This document shows positions 1 through 10,525 of a stretch of DNA of 64,000 bases, piece by piece. Every line of letters begins with the position of its first letter. Position 1 is the stretch's first letter. The position numbers and the translations under genes were made by a program. This DNA comes from Phaeosaccion multiseriatum. Taxonomy: Eukaryota > Protista > Ochrophyta, other classes. The stretch is from contig CBCOSG010000001.1 in the NCBI GenBank assembly GCA_965112735.1, forward strand, positions 124,001-188,000, given 5' to 3'. The notes under the pieces were generated by a model that was given only the letters and a program-made list of their open reading frames with translations, was not told where the DNA came from and ran no database searches.

Positions 1-175
<175 letters not shown>

Positions 176-216
176 TTAAGAAGTTCTTCAGTAGATAAAA
201 CAGGTAGAAAAACTCT

Positions 217-1673
217 ATGCATTTTTGGATAACTGAGATTTATTTGGCTAATTGTGTCCTGTACCTAAGTATTTACGGGTGTCACCAATTAATTAGTGGT
301 GGTCTTTGTTCCTCTCATACTCTGGTGTGGGGAATTTCGACACTTAAGTATACTGGTTTTGGCTTGGGCTGCAAAACTTAGTTTTAATCATGGAGACAGC
401 TTATGTCCGAGTGTAGATTTAGAGTCTTTATCCCTACTTAAAATGGGTTTAATTCTTTGCTGTGCACTATGTTTCATTTTAGCTCCTACTTACCTACACG
501 CACGTCAAATACATGCTTTTGAATACAATTTATTGTGTTTGCTTGCTTGCTTAGGTCTGTGCCTAATCCTTGTTTCCGAAAACTTCCTGAGCTTCTACTT
601 GGGAATTGAGTTACAGAGCTTGAGTTTATACGCTTTAGCAAGCTTTCGACGAAAATCTGTGTTTTCCACAGAAGCGGGTTTAAAATATTTTATCTTGGGA
701 GGAATTGCTTCTGGATTATTGGCTCTAGGAATCTGTATCTTATATGGATCCGCTGGCAGTTTGTGCTTTGCAGATTTGGGTCAGAGTCTGAGTGCTGGGG
801 CTTCCAATTTTAGCCAAATGGGGTTATATTTTGTATTGTTTGGTCTCCTGTTCAAATTAGGGAGTAGCTCCTTTTCATATGTGGGCTTTGGACGTATATG
901 AAGGAAGTCCGGCAAGCGTAAGTCTTTTTTTCGTTACGGTCCCAAAATTTGGAGTTCTTCTTTTTCTTATTAAGCTACTTTACGCCAGTTTTTATTCTAT
1001 GAGCTTCGAATGGGGCATTCTCTTAACTTGGGTCGCCTTAATGTCCGTCATCATTGGCGGTTTTGGTGGATACAAGCAAAAGTCCCTAAAACGCTTGCTA
1101 GTATTTAGTGGCATTGGGCATGGGGGTTATCTTTTTTTAGGTATTCTTGGAGGTTTAGAATTACAGAACGCTTACGTCTGCCTATTTTATTTAGGAGTTT
1201 ACATCCTAAGCAGTCTTTTAATGTGGGGAGGTCTTATGCTGTGGGGAAGTCGAAAAGAAAACCGTCAACTTGATCTATCTTCTATGGTAGATCTTAGTCT
1301 CGGAAAACCCTTGTTCGGTTTAGGATTGAGTCTAGTATGGTTTTCTTTAGCAGGCATTCCACCTTTTGCAGGATTTTTTGCCAAATTTTTAGTTCTAAAG
1401 GCAGTAGTCGACCAACAAATGGTAATTTTCGCACTTTGTTTGGTTTTTGTTTCTCTTGCCAGTGCCTTTTACTACTTACGAATGATTAAACTTTTGGTTC
1501 TGGATACCCAAAACCGTTTTGCAGTAAAGAGTCGATCTTGCTGTTTAGATGTAAATCAGGCGGAGGCTTGGGTGTTCAGTCTCAGTCTTAGTCTTTTGGT
1601 CTTTTTCTTCCTCCGGCCAAATTTAGGCTTGCTAGCTACCTATAAGTTGACCACTTACTGGTTTTCTGCATAG
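217..1673 (+). CDS. nad2: NADH dehydrogenase subunit 2 (two 1-nt frameshifts in this arm, likely read errors)
   Basis: STEAGLKYFILG, SLAGIPPFAGF; intact 484-aa copy at 56077..57531. Confidence 0.95.
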
Positions 1674-1685
1674 TTCTATTTTGAA

Positions 1686-1757
1686 GGCGAGATAGTTCAG
1701 GGGTAGAATGTTGGACTCATAATCCGAAGGCCAAGGGTTCAAATCCCTTTTTCGCTA
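1686..1757 (+). tRNA. trnM: tRNA-Met(CAU), copy a
   Basis: Cloverleaf, TTGGA-CTCATAA-TCCGA. Confidence 0.85.
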
Positions 1758-1772
1758 AATATATCAAATCAA

Positions 1773-1844
1773 GAGTGATTATGTCAATGGTAGACTGCTT
1801 AGCTTACACCTAAGAGGTTGGCGGTTCGAATCCGTCATTACTCA
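1773..1844 (+). tRNA. trnV: tRNA-Val(UAC)
   Basis: CTTAG-CTTACAC-CTAAG, GGTTCGAATCC. Confidence 0.93.
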
Positions 1845-1849
1845 TTCCA

Positions 1850-1938
1850 GAAGAGGTGGCTGAGGGGCTGAAAGCGTTGGTTTGCTAAATCAATATGTAG
1901 ATATTTTTATATCATGGGTTCGAATCCCATCCTCTTCA
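1850..1938 (+). tRNA. trnS: tRNA-Ser(GCU)
   Basis: TTGGT-TTGCTAA-ATCAA, long variable arm. Confidence 0.93.
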
Positions 1939-1941
1939 TAA

Positions 1942-2014
1942 AGCGGAGTAGTTCAGGGGTGAGAATATTGGACTCATAATCCACAGATCAGGGGTTCAAA
2001 TCCCTTCTCCGCTA
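1942..2014 (+). tRNA. trnM: tRNA-Met(CAU), copy b
   Basis: AGCGGAG/CTCCGCT acceptor stem, CTCATAA loop. Confidence 0.85.
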
Positions 2015-2015
2015 A

Positions 2016-2087
2016 GTCTAAATAGCTCAGGGGTAGAGCATAGGACTGAAAATCCTTGTGTCGGTGGTTCAAATCCATCTTTGGACA
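2016..2087 (+). tRNA. trnF: tRNA-Phe(GAA)
   Basis: AGGA-CTGAAAA-TCCT. Confidence 0.93.
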
Positions 2088-2088
2088 A

Positions 2089-2160
2089 GCCCTCTTCGTC
2101 TAATGGTTAGGACGTCATCCTTTCACGATGAAGATATGAGTTCAATTCTCATAGAGGGTA
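2089..2160 (+). tRNA. trnE: tRNA-Glu(UUC)
   Basis: TCATC-CTTTCAC-GATGA. Confidence 0.93.
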
Positions 2161-2172
2161 AGCTCAAAAATC

Positions 2173-2244
2173 GAGGAAGTAACTCAGTGGTAGAGTGTCA
2201 GCCTGTCACGCCGAAAGTCGCGGGTTCAAATCCCGTCTTTCTCG
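2173..2244 (+). tRNA. trnD: tRNA-Asp(GUC)
   Basis: CTGTCAC anticodon loop, cloverleaf. Confidence 0.92.
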
Positions 2245-2246
2245 AA

Positions 2247-2318
2247 GGGGGTATATGTCAATGGTAGACAGTATGCTTTGCAAGCATAAGGCTGTGGGTT
2301 CGAATCCCTCTATCTCCA
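2247..2318 (+). tRNA. trnA: tRNA-Ala(UGC)
   Basis: TATGC-TTTGCAA-GCATA. Confidence 0.93.
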
Positions 2319-2321
2319 TAA

Positions 2322-2396
2322 GGCGAGGATAGCTCAGTTGGTTAGAGTATCAGTTTGTGGTTCTGAATGTCGCGGGTTCAAGTCCCGTTCTTCGCC
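2322..2396 (+). tRNA. trnH: tRNA-His(GUG)
   Basis: TTGTGGT loop, encoded G-1. Confidence 0.9.
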
Positions 2397-2398
2397 CT

Positions 2399-2481
2399 GG
2401 ATAAGTGATCGAGGGGTTGAAGATGTCAGTTTTGAAAGCTGAAGTACCGAGGTACCGTGGGTTCGAATCCCACCTTATCCT
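2399..2481 (+). tRNA. trnS: tRNA-Ser(UGA)
   Basis: TCAGT-TTTGAAA-GCTGA, variable arm. Confidence 0.92.
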
Positions 2482-2503
2482 AATTAAGGAAAAATCTTTA
2501 GTC

Positions 2504-4495
2504 GTGTATCTAAATATAGTCGGTCTTCCTTGGTTCGGTTTCTTAAGCAGCTCAAGTTTGGGAAACTTTATAGGAGGTAAAGGTGCTTCCTGGATTACCA
2601 CTGTCTGCATGGGAGGTAGTATGGCTCTCAGTTTATTATGTTTTTATGAAGTTGGTATGGGAGGAAGTCCTTTGGTGCTTCAAGTTGCATCTTGGGTACA
2701 CACGGATCTTTTCCATGCCAACTGGTGCGTAACTTTTGACAGCCTTAGTTGTCTTATGGTAGTATTGGTAAGTTTTGTATCTTTCTTGGTACATTTGTAT
2801 TCTACAGAGTATATGGAAAACGACCCTCATCTCTCTCGTTTTATGGCCTATCTTAGTCTGTTTACCTTTTTTATGGTAATCTTAATTACCGGAGACAATT
2901 TCTTACAGATGTTCGTGGGTTGGGAGGGGGTAGGGCTTTGTTCTTATCTTCTAATCAACTTCTGGTATACCAGAATTCAGGCTAATAAAGCCGCCATAAA
3001 AGCTATGGTTCTTAACCGCATTGGAGACTTAGGTTTAGGATTAGGAATCTTTGCAACTTTCTTATACTTTCAAACAATGGAGTATACGAGCTTTTTTGCT
3101 AGCGTACCTTACCAATGGGAAGAGACTGCCTTGTTTTTAGGATTTTCTGTGCAAAAGACCAATCTTATTGGTGTCCTTCTCTTTATAGGAGCTATGGGAA
3201 AATCGGCTCAATTAGGCCTCCATACCTGGTTGCCCGATGCCATGGAGGGACCTACTCCGGTGTCCGCCTTAATTCACGCCGCTACTATGGTAACGGCGGG
3301 AGTTTTTCTTTTAAGCAGGTGCTCTGGCTTATTAGAGTACGCTCCTCAAGCCTTAAGTTTAATAAGTTTTGCAGGAGCGAGCACCAGTTTTTTTGCCGCC
3401 ACCACTGCTCTAGTGCAAAATGACATGAAGAGGGTGATTGCTTACTCCACCTGTAGCCAGTTAGGCTATATGATTTTTGCTTGCGGTCTTTCTAATTACG
3501 GAGTAGGCGTTTTTCATTTGGTTAATCACGGCTTTTTTAAAGCTTTACTTTTTTTAGGGGCTGGTTCCGTTATTCATGGTATTAATAATGAGCAGGATAT
3601 GCGAAAGATGGGAGGTCTTCGGCGCCTTCTGCCTTTCACTTACGCCATGATGTTGATCGGGTCACTGTCCCTAATGGGTTTTCCTTATCTGACGGGTTTC
3701 TATTCTAAAGATGTTATCTTAGAAGTAGCTTACGCCAGATGTGACGCTCAAGGATATTTTGCTTACATACTGGGCTGTGGAGCCGCTTTTTGTACGGCTT
3801 TTTACTCAATGCGCTTGCTTTTTTTAACTTTTTTGGCAGAGCCTATGGGGTCCAAAGTAGTTCTTATGGGAGCTCATGAGCCCGGTTGGAAAATGAGCCT
3901 TCCTTTAGGAGTTTTAGCTATTCCAAGTCTTTTCCTAGGCTTTGTCGCAAAGGATTGTGTAATTGGAATTGGTAGTGACTTCTTTGGTAATGCTCTATTT
4001 TATCTTCCTCAAAATTACTCGGTTATTGACGGGGAATTTTTACCCATTTTTCCCAAACTTCTCCCGGTAATCCTTAGCCTCAGCGGCTTTGGTCTGTCTT
4101 TTTATTTGTACGCTTACTGCAGTCCAATGCTCTATAAGCAGAAGATGAAAAACATTTTCGTCTATACCTTTCTAAACCGAAAATGGTTCTTTGACAAGCT
4201 TTATAATCAAAGTCTGAGCCAAGGCGGAATGGAGTGGGCTTATAAGTTGACTTATAAAGCTTTGGACCGGGGATTGTTTCAAATTCTCGGACCTAAGGGA
4301 ATAGCTCAATTTACCCAGCACCTAAGTACCGAACTTCAGCAAAATCAGTCAGGTTTAGTGTATCATGCAGGTTTGCTTATTCTTGGAGGTTGTGTATGGG
4401 GATTTTTTTTACCCATGTGGGGTTGGGAAGGAATCTTAGCTGGAGTTCTATCGGTTTTAAACCTGAGTTTAGAACCCCGAAGGTCCTTTTCATAA
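2504..4495 (+). CDS. nad5: NADH dehydrogenase subunit 5 (GTG start inferred)
   Basis: [32 protein letters not shown]; the ORF-track start at 2405 lies inside trnS, whereas [11 protein letters not shown] matches the usual MYL.I..LP start. Confidence 0.96.
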   Translation: MYLNIVGLPWFGFLSSSSLGNFIGGKGASWITTVCMGGSMALSLLCFYEVGMGGSPLVLQVASWVHTDLFHANWCVTFDSLSCLMVVLVSFVSFLVHLYSTEYMENDPHLSRFMAYLSLFTFFMVILITGDNFLQMFVGWEGVGLCSYLLINFWYTRIQANKAAIKAMVLNRIGDLGLGLGIFATFLYFQTMEYTSFFASVPYQWEETALFLGFSVQKTNLIGVLLFIGAMGKSAQLGLHTWLPDAMEGPTPVSALIHAATMVTAGVFLLSRCSGLLEYAPQALSLISFAGASTSFFAATTALVQNDMKRVIAYSTCSQLGYMIFACGLSNYGVGVFHLVNHGFFKALLFLGAGSVIHGINNEQDMRKMGGLRRLLPFTYAMMLIGSLSLMGFPYLTGFYSKDVILEVAYARCDAQGYFAYILGCGAAFCTAFYSMRLLFLTFLAEPMGSKVVLMGAHEPGWKMSLPLGVLAIPSLFLGFVAKDCVIGIGSDFFGNALFYLPQNYSVIDGEFLPIFPKLLPVILSLSGFGLSFYLYAYCSPMLYKQKMKNIFVYTFLNRKWFFDKLYNQSLSQGGMEWAYKLTYKALDRGLFQILGPKGIAQFTQHLSTELQQNQSGLVYHAGLLILGGCVWGFFLPMWGWEGILAGVLSVLNLSLEPRRSFS

Positions 4496-4511
4496 ATAAA
4501 TTTAAGTCTTT

Positions 4512-4583
4512 GAGAGGGTAACTCAATGGTAGAGTATTGGTCTCCAAAGCCAAAGGTTAAAGGTTCAAGTCCTTTCTTTCTCG
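4512..4583 (+). tRNA. trnW: tRNA-Trp(CCA)
   Basis: TTGGT-CTCCAAA-GCCAA. Confidence 0.92.
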
Positions 4584-4663
4584 ACCTAAGTTTAGCTCTT
4601 TATGAACTACAAGCTTTATTTTTTTCATTAGAAAAGATAAAAAACTCGCCTTTCACAAGAACT

Positions 4664-4736
4664 GGGTCTATAGCTCAGGTGGTAGAGCGTACCCCTGATA
4701 AGGGTAAGGTCAGTAGTTCAAGTCTACTTAGACCCT
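4664..4736 (+). tRNA. trnI: tRNA-Ile(GAU)
   Basis: TACCC-CTGATAA-GGGTA. Confidence 0.94.
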
Positions 4737-4913
4737 AATTTAGATGCTATTTTGCATCAAAGGCGCTCCTGAAAAGAAGAGATAGTATCCAAAAATAGGC
4801 TGGTCCATTAAAAAGAAGCCGAAAACTTTTCCCTCCTATTTTCTATAGGCAGAGACTAAAATTTTTCCAACACAGATATAGGCCTAAATAAAAGTGCGTA
4901 TTTTTTATGACCC

Positions 4914-5665
4914 ATGGTATACAGTCCGTTAGAGCAGTTCGCTATTCTTCCCTGTTTTAGTTTTTCCTTTGCAGGCTTTTCTTTAACCCTTACTAAACCG
5001 CTTTGTATTCTTAGCATTGGTTTAGGAAGTTTTTTTTTCATGTTGAATTGTGTGTTGAGAGGGAGACAAAGTCTTATTCCTACTGCCTGGAATAATGTGT
5101 TAGACACATTTTACGTCATGATCGGAGAATTAATTCAAGACACACTAGGAAAAAATGGCCAGGTGTATTTTCCACTTCTCTTCAGCTTATTTTGCTTTAT
5201 CTTAATCACCAATCTTATTGGTTTGGTGCCTTATAGCTTTACCATGACCAGCCATCTTATCGTTACTCTAAATTTAAGCTTAACTCTATTCATTGGAATC
5301 AATATCATTGGGATTTTAAAAAAGGGAGCGAAATGTTTTCTTTATTTTTACCCGGAGGAACCAGTTTAGGCTTAAGCTTGCTTTTGGTGCCTATAGAAAT
5401 TGTTTCTTACATTTTTAAGCCTATTAGTCTGGGAGTACGGCTATTTGCCAATATGATGGCAGGACACACCTTGTTAAAGGTAATTGCTGGTTTTGCTTGG
5501 GCTATGTTGGGGAAAGGAAAAGCTTTGTTTGTGGCTCATTTCATTCCTTTATTTGTGCTTGTAGCACTTATGGGACTAGAATTGGGAGTAAGTCTGATTC
5601 AGACTTACGTTTTTACGATCTTAACTTGTATTTATTTAGGAGATGTCTTAAATGAAGCTCATTAA
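4914..5665 (+). CDS. atp6: ATP synthase subunit a (1-nt homopolymer frameshift near 5320 in this arm)
   Basis: SPLEQF, SLGVRLFANMMAGH; continuous at this point in the mirror arm. Confidence 0.96.
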
Positions 5666-5678
5666 GTAAACTTGCAAA

Positions 5679-5761
5679 GCCAAAGTGGTGAAATTGGTAG
5701 ACACGCCGGGTTTAGGTTCCGGTTCTTTTAAAGAATAAGGGTTCGAGTCCCTTCTTTGGTA
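5679..5761 (+). tRNA. trnL: tRNA-Leu(UAG)
   Basis: CCGGG-TTTAGGT-TCCGG, variable arm. Confidence 0.92.
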
Positions 5762-5859
5762 AGTTTTTTCTTTTTGACAAGTAGGTCAAAGATCAGGTTT
5801 CACAATTTGTACTTAGCTTCTTATTAAACTAAATCTTATTAAGTGGTACTTGTCCAACA

Positions 5860-6471
5860 ATGAAATTATCCTGGATATTAGGAGGAACTCAAATGTGGTC
5901 TAGTCTTATGATACTAGGCTTTTCTTTCAATGCCCTAAATTCGGCGTACTTCCTAGTAAGTGGGAAAAATCCGGTATATGCTGTACTGCTGTTAATTGGA
6001 GTGTTTCTTAATGTAGGAGGTTTGTGCTTACTTTTTCATGCAGACTTTCTTACCTACGTTAGTCTTATTGTCTATGTAGGGGCGATCTCTATTTTATTTC
6101 TATTTGTAGTTATGATGCTTGATTTAAAAGTGTCTAAGTATGAAAGCAATCCATCCAATACTCTGTTAATTTTAGGCCTTCTAGGACTTGGACTTTTAGT
6201 AGGAGATTTTCTTTGGAGTTTAGAAGAAGTTTGGTATACTCAAATATTTTCCACTTATCTAAAGGGAGATTCTATAACGAGTCCTCAAAATATAGGGCTT
6301 AGCTTATATACGGATCACATAGAGGACTTGTTAGTTACAGGAATGTTGCTACTTGTAAGTATGATGGGAGCAATTCTTTTAAGTCTTGGACGGTCCAAAG
6401 AGGATGTTCAAGCCAATCAGTTTTTGTGCGAACAACTGAGTCGAAGTTTTAAGAATTCTATTTTGTCTTAA
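5860..6471 (+). CDS. nad6: NADH dehydrogenase subunit 6 (start may be 5893)
   Basis: NPVYAVL, LIVYVGAISILFLFVVMML. Confidence 0.95.
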   Translation: MKLSWILGGTQMWSSLMILGFSFNALNSAYFLVSGKNPVYAVLLLIGVFLNVGGLCLLFHADFLTYVSLIVYVGAISILFLFVVMMLDLKVSKYESNPSNTLLILGLLGLGLLVGDFLWSLEEVWYTQIFSTYLKGDSITSPQNIGLSLYTDHIEDLLVTGMLLLVSMMGAILLSLGRSKEDVQANQFLCEQLSRSFKNSILS

Positions 6472-6492
6472 AATTTTGTTTACTAAACCCTT

Positions 6493-6855
6493 ATGAAAGC
6501 AGGAATTCAACCCATGCTACAGATTTTAGATCAATCTTATCGAAATAAAAAATCTAGCGTTGTTTGCGTACCCACTAAAGCCGGTCTTCGAGTCCTAGAC
6601 GTACTGTGGCAATACGGATTTTTGCGGGGTTATACTCAAGAAACCTGTTCTCGAGTCAAAATTTTACTAAAGTACGTACAAGGCAGAAGTGTAATCGGCT
6701 CTATCTTTTTTTCCTCTCGCCCCACTTCTTGCCACCGATGGACACGACGTAGCCAAACCTCCTTAGTTATCTTAAGTACGCCTTATGGAATTATAAGTGA
6801 GTCTACTGCGCGAAGCTTAGGCAGTGGAGGTAGTTTGATTTGTGAAGTTTTTTAA
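6493..6855 (+). CDS. rps8: Ribosomal protein S8
   Basis: VLDVLWQYGFLRGY, ILSTPYGIIS, GGSLICEVF. Confidence 0.9.
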   Translation: MKAGIQPMLQILDQSYRNKKSSVVCVPTKAGLRVLDVLWQYGFLRGYTQETCSRVKILLKYVQGRSVIGSIFFSSRPTSCHRWTRRSQTSLVILSTPYGIISESTARSLGSGGSLICEVF

Positions 6856-6886
6856 ATCTAAAATTCACGTAGTTTTTTCATATACT

Positions 6887-6959
6887 GGTGGACTAAAACA
6901 CTTGGTCAGCTTGTTAGGCTCATGATCCAAAAGTCGTAAATCTAGATTCTACCTTTGAT
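6887..6959 (+). pseudogene. Decayed tRNA-fMet copy
   Basis: Shares GGTGGA..CAGCTTGTTAGGCTCATGATC.AAAAGTCGTA with 25869..25942; T-arm and acceptor stem broken. Confidence 0.85.
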
Positions 6960-7015
6960 TACAACATCCCCTTTCCTGATTTTCTGGGATTTAGTATAAA
7001 AACCAAAATATATAT

Positions 7016-7381
7016 ATGAAATTAGCTACACCCCATTCAACTTCTCTTGCGAGCGTAAAAATAAACATTAGAACCTATTCTAAAGGACTTCTTGCTTTAG
7101 TTTTACAAGAAATTCCAGCACGGCATACCTACAGAATAGAAAATACCCCTTATCAAAAAAAAACTTGGACTTTGCTACGCTCTTCCCATGTGCATTCCAA
7201 GTCTCGAAATACTTACGAACGCCGTACTTACAAGGCTTGTTTATATTTTTCACACATGAAGCTTTATCCAATACTACGTTATCTAAATTGGTTACAAACT
7301 TCTTTTGATGATCAAGTACAATTTAAGTTTCAGTTCTGTCTTTGCAACAAAGATACAAAATTAAAAACTGGTACTAAATAA
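7016..7381 (+). CDS. rps10: Ribosomal protein S10
   Basis: KKTWTLLRSSHVHSKSRNTYERRTYK. Confidence 0.88.
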   Translation: MKLATPHSTSLASVKINIRTYSKGLLALVLQEIPARHTYRIENTPYQKKTWTLLRSSHVHSKSRNTYERRTYKACLYFSHMKLYPILRYLNWLQTSFDDQVQFKFQFCLCNKDTKLKTGTK

Positions 7382-7453
7382 GTCCTTTGTATTAAATAGT
7401 TTAAGACCGACACATTTTTATTTTGTACAAGTGTTTTAAAGTTTTTTTGCTCT

Positions 7454-8212
7454 ATGACTTTTCAAGACCCGGTCACCCCAATCATGGAAGGAATGATTAA
7501 TTTTCACAATCTGACCATGTTTTATCTTATTCTAGTGGGTACTTTAGTTCTGTGGATGTTATATCGCTCTTTTGATCATTACCAGGGTCAAATTATCGCG
7601 ACAAACTTTTCTTATCCTTGCAGTTTTGAAATGGACTTTTCAAAAACTAAATTGGAAATAGGCAAAGATGGGCCTTGGTCTCACTCTACCAATTTAGAAA
7701 TTATTTGGACTTTGTTTCCGGCAGTAATTCTAATTTTTATCGGATTGCCTTCTTTTGCTCTTTTGTATTCCTTAGAAGAGGTCTTAGATCCTAGTTTAAG
7801 CGTAAAAGCTATTGGCCATCAGTGGTATTGGAGTTACGAATGCTCTGATTATAATCAGAGAGCAGATCAAGAAAGTCTTTCTTTTGATTCGTATATGAAA
7901 GCAGATAGCGACTTACAAAAAGGAGATTTTCGATTACTGGAGGTGGATCATCGTCTGGTTTTACCCACCAACACTCATATTCGTCTATTAGTAACTTCGG
8001 CCGATGTCCTTCATTCTTGGGCAGTACCTTCACTGGGTGTAAAAGTAGACGCTTGCCCCGGTCGTTTAAATCAGGTATGCATCTACCTAAAGCGATCTGG
8101 AGTACTTTACGGTCAGTGCAGTGAAATTTGTGGTAAAAGCCACGGTTTCATGCCTATCGTTGTCAAAGCTGTTGATCTGGCCGATTATGCAGAATATACT
8201 TTGTCCAACTAA
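7454..8212 (+). CDS. cox2: Cytochrome c oxidase subunit 2
   Basis: [22 protein letters not shown], CuA motif [12 protein letters not shown]. Confidence 0.98.
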   Translation: MTFQDPVTPIMEGMINFHNLTMFYLILVGTLVLWMLYRSFDHYQGQIIATNFSYPCSFEMDFSKTKLEIGKDGPWSHSTNLEIIWTLFPAVILIFIGLPSFALLYSLEEVLDPSLSVKAIGHQWYWSYECSDYNQRADQESLSFDSYMKADSDLQKGDFRLLEVDHRLVLPTNTHIRLLVTSADVLHSWAVPSLGVKVDACPGRLNQVCIYLKRSGVLYGQCSEICGKSHGFMPIVVKAVDLADYAEYTLSN

Positions 8213-8347
8213 ATTTGTTTAGGTTCAGACAAGTACTTCTAAATTGCAGAGCTTAAAGTACTCAGCCAAATAACCGAACCGTATTATAAGCAATTATAAA
8301 TTATAAGACGTTATAGAAAACAAATTAAAGCCTTTACTTGACAAGAT

Positions 8348-8430
8348 GCTCGCTTGGTGGAATTGGTAGACACGGTAGACTTAAAATCTATTTTCTTGAA
8401 GAAATATCGGTTCAAGTCCGGTAGCGAGTA
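8348..8430 (+). tRNA. trnL: tRNA-Leu(UAA)
   Basis: GTAGA-CTTAAAA-TCTAT. Confidence 0.93.
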
Positions 8431-8484
8431 AATTGTAAATGAGCACACTTTCTTAATTTACTTATCTTATAAAATCAAACTTAC

Positions 8485-9487
8485 ATGAGCTTAATTCAAC
8501 TCAATCTCGTGAGCTTAATAAAGATTCTTATTATTCTTGTGCCTTCTCTTTTGTGTGTAGCCTATTTTACTTTATTAGAACGTAAGCTTATGGGTTCTAT
8601 ACAACGTCGTAGAGGACCAAATGTAGTCGGGTATATGGGTATTCTACAACCACTTGCCGATGGACTAAAACTTTTTGTTAAAGAAAGTATTGCTCCCAGC
8701 AACGCTAACACAGTGTTGTTTGCTTTTGCTCCTATATGTTGTTTTGCTTTTAGCATTTTAAACTGGGGTGTAATGCCTCTAAAAGAAGGAGGAATTCTTG
8801 CGGACATCGACCTTGGACTCTTATACGTTTTTGCCATTTCTGCTCTTGGAGTGTGTGCCATTATTATTGCAGGCTGGGCCAGTAATTCAAAATATGCTTT
8901 TTTAGGTGGACTGCGATCGGCTGCTCAAATGGTATCCTACGAGGTTTCTATGGGCTTTATTTTGGTAAGTCTTTTGTGCTGCGTAGGCAGCTACAATTTT
9001 AACCAAATGATTTTTGCTCAAGAAGAGGTATGGTTTTGTCTGCCTTTAGGTCCTCTTAGTGTGATGTTTTTTGTCTGTATTCTCGCTGAAACCAATCGTC
9101 ATCCTTTTGACTTGTCCGAAGCAGAAGCAGAATTAGTTTCGGGATACAATGTAGAGTATTCCGCCATGGGTTTTGCTTTGTTTTTTTTAGGGGAATATTT
9201 GAACATGCTTTTTATGAGTGCTCTTTGCAGCCTTCTCTTTCTTGGCGGATGGTGGCCCTATGGTAGGAAGTAAACTTCCTTTGTGGAGTCAACTTCCCTG
9301 GTTCGGCTTAAAAATTTGCTTTTTTGTCTGCCTGTTTATCTTGTGTCGAGCAATACTACCTCGCTTTCGTTACGACCAACTCATGAATTTAGGTTGGAAA
9401 GTTTTTCTCCCCTTCTCTCTAGCTTGGGTAATTTTATCAGTAGGTGTTCTTTTAGGTCTTCAAGGATTTCCGGCTTTTTGTGCTTAA
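8485..9487 (+). CDS. nad1: NADH dehydrogenase subunit 1 (extra C near 9257 in this arm)
   Basis: [24 protein letters not shown]; intact at 48250..49251. Confidence 0.97.
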
Positions 9488-9547
9488 TATCAAAAAAACG
9501 TTCTTTTCCTATATTTTATACGTGTAAGCTCTAAAAGAAGATTCAAA

Positions 9548-9620
9548 GAGTAAATAACTCAATGGGTAGAGTGTCGGACTTTTAATCCGGGAGTTTTGGG
9601 TTCAAGTCCCAATTTACTCA
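9548..9620 (+). tRNA. trnK: tRNA-Lys(UUU)
   Basis: TCGGA-CTTTTAA-TCCGG. Confidence 0.93.
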
Positions 9621-9874
9621 GACTTAGGTATTTAGGCAAGAACTTATTTAAAATTATTAATCGACTGAGTTTCATTTAAAAAAAGTTAAAATTTGAAAAT
9701 TGTGTTAGTAATAATTGGACCAAAGCTTTATTACTCCAACAAAAACACTATCTAACGAAGATAAGACTAACAGACTTTATAAAGAGAATTAAAATCAAAA
9801 CTTTTGCTTTCTAAATTTAACATTGTGTTAGTATACAAAGTAGAACAAGTATTTTTTAAAAAATTTAATTAAAG

Positions 9875-10237
9875 ATGTCCTTATTTTTTCAAGATTATTA
9901 TGGTATTCTTATACTCTTGTTGTTAAGTTTTGGCGTGTCTAGTTTAATTTTTGGTTTATCTTACCTTTTAAGCACCAGTGCCGGTGATACTGAAAAACTT
10001 TCCACTTACGAGTGTGGGTTTGATCCTTACGAAGATGCTCGTAACGCTTTTGATGTTCGTTTCTATCTGGTAGCCATCCTCTTTTTAATTTTTGATGTGG
10101 AAGCTATCTTTTTATTTCCTTGGGGGGTAAGTTTAAGTCAAATGACTTATGTAGGATTTTGGGCCGGTATTGATTTTATTCTTGAACTTTGCTTAGGTTT
10201 TGTGTACGCTTGGAAAATCGGAAGTTTAGAATGGTAA
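9875..10237 (+). CDS. nad3: NADH dehydrogenase subunit 3
   Basis: EKLSTYECGFDP, FLIFDVEAIFLFPW. Confidence 0.98.
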   Translation: MSLFFQDYYGILILLLLSFGVSSLIFGLSYLLSTSAGDTEKLSTYECGFDPYEDARNAFDVRFYLVAILFLIFDVEAIFLFPWGVSLSQMTYVGFWAGIDFILELCLGFVYAWKIGSLEW

Positions 10238-10515
10238 AAGCTTGGGTACGCAGAGATCAAAAGCATCGAAAGGAAGCAGAAAGTCAAATAAACCGAAGAG
10301 TTCAATTTAAGTTAACAAAGACCTTGTTAAAAAGTCACCGGACTTGGTGGCTACAGGAAAAAAAATTTTCTGGCAGTTTGGTACGTCTAAATCGACGGTG
10401 TTTGGATACAGGACGCAGTAGAAGTGTGCTGCGCTCCCACCGTTTGTCTCGTTTAAGTTTTCGGAGGTTTTATAAGGCTGGCTTACTTTTTGGTATGACT
10501 AAATCGTCATGGTAA
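10231..10515 (+). CDS. rps14: Ribosomal protein S14 (ATG overlaps nad3 end)
   Basis: RLNRRCLDTGRSRS, LSRLSFR, GMTKSSW. Confidence 0.93.
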   Translation: MVKAWVRRDQKHRKEAESQINRRVQFKLTKTLLKSHRTWWLQEKKFSGSLVRLNRRCLDTGRSRSVLRSHRLSRLSFRRFYKAGLLFGMTKSSW

Positions 10516-10525
10516 TTGAACTACT

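Noticed and set aside
2058-2610. ORFs over the tRNA cluster and the 33-aa N-terminal extension of nad5 in the ORF track
   Set aside because: They overlap well-formed tRNA genes
217-9487. Frameshifts in nad2, atp6 and nad1 (also rps7, nad9 and rps12 in the left arm; nad5 and rps8 in the right arm) as pseudogenes or programmed frameshifting
   Set aside because: Each is intact in the opposite arm and most sit in homopolymers; best explained as sequencing error
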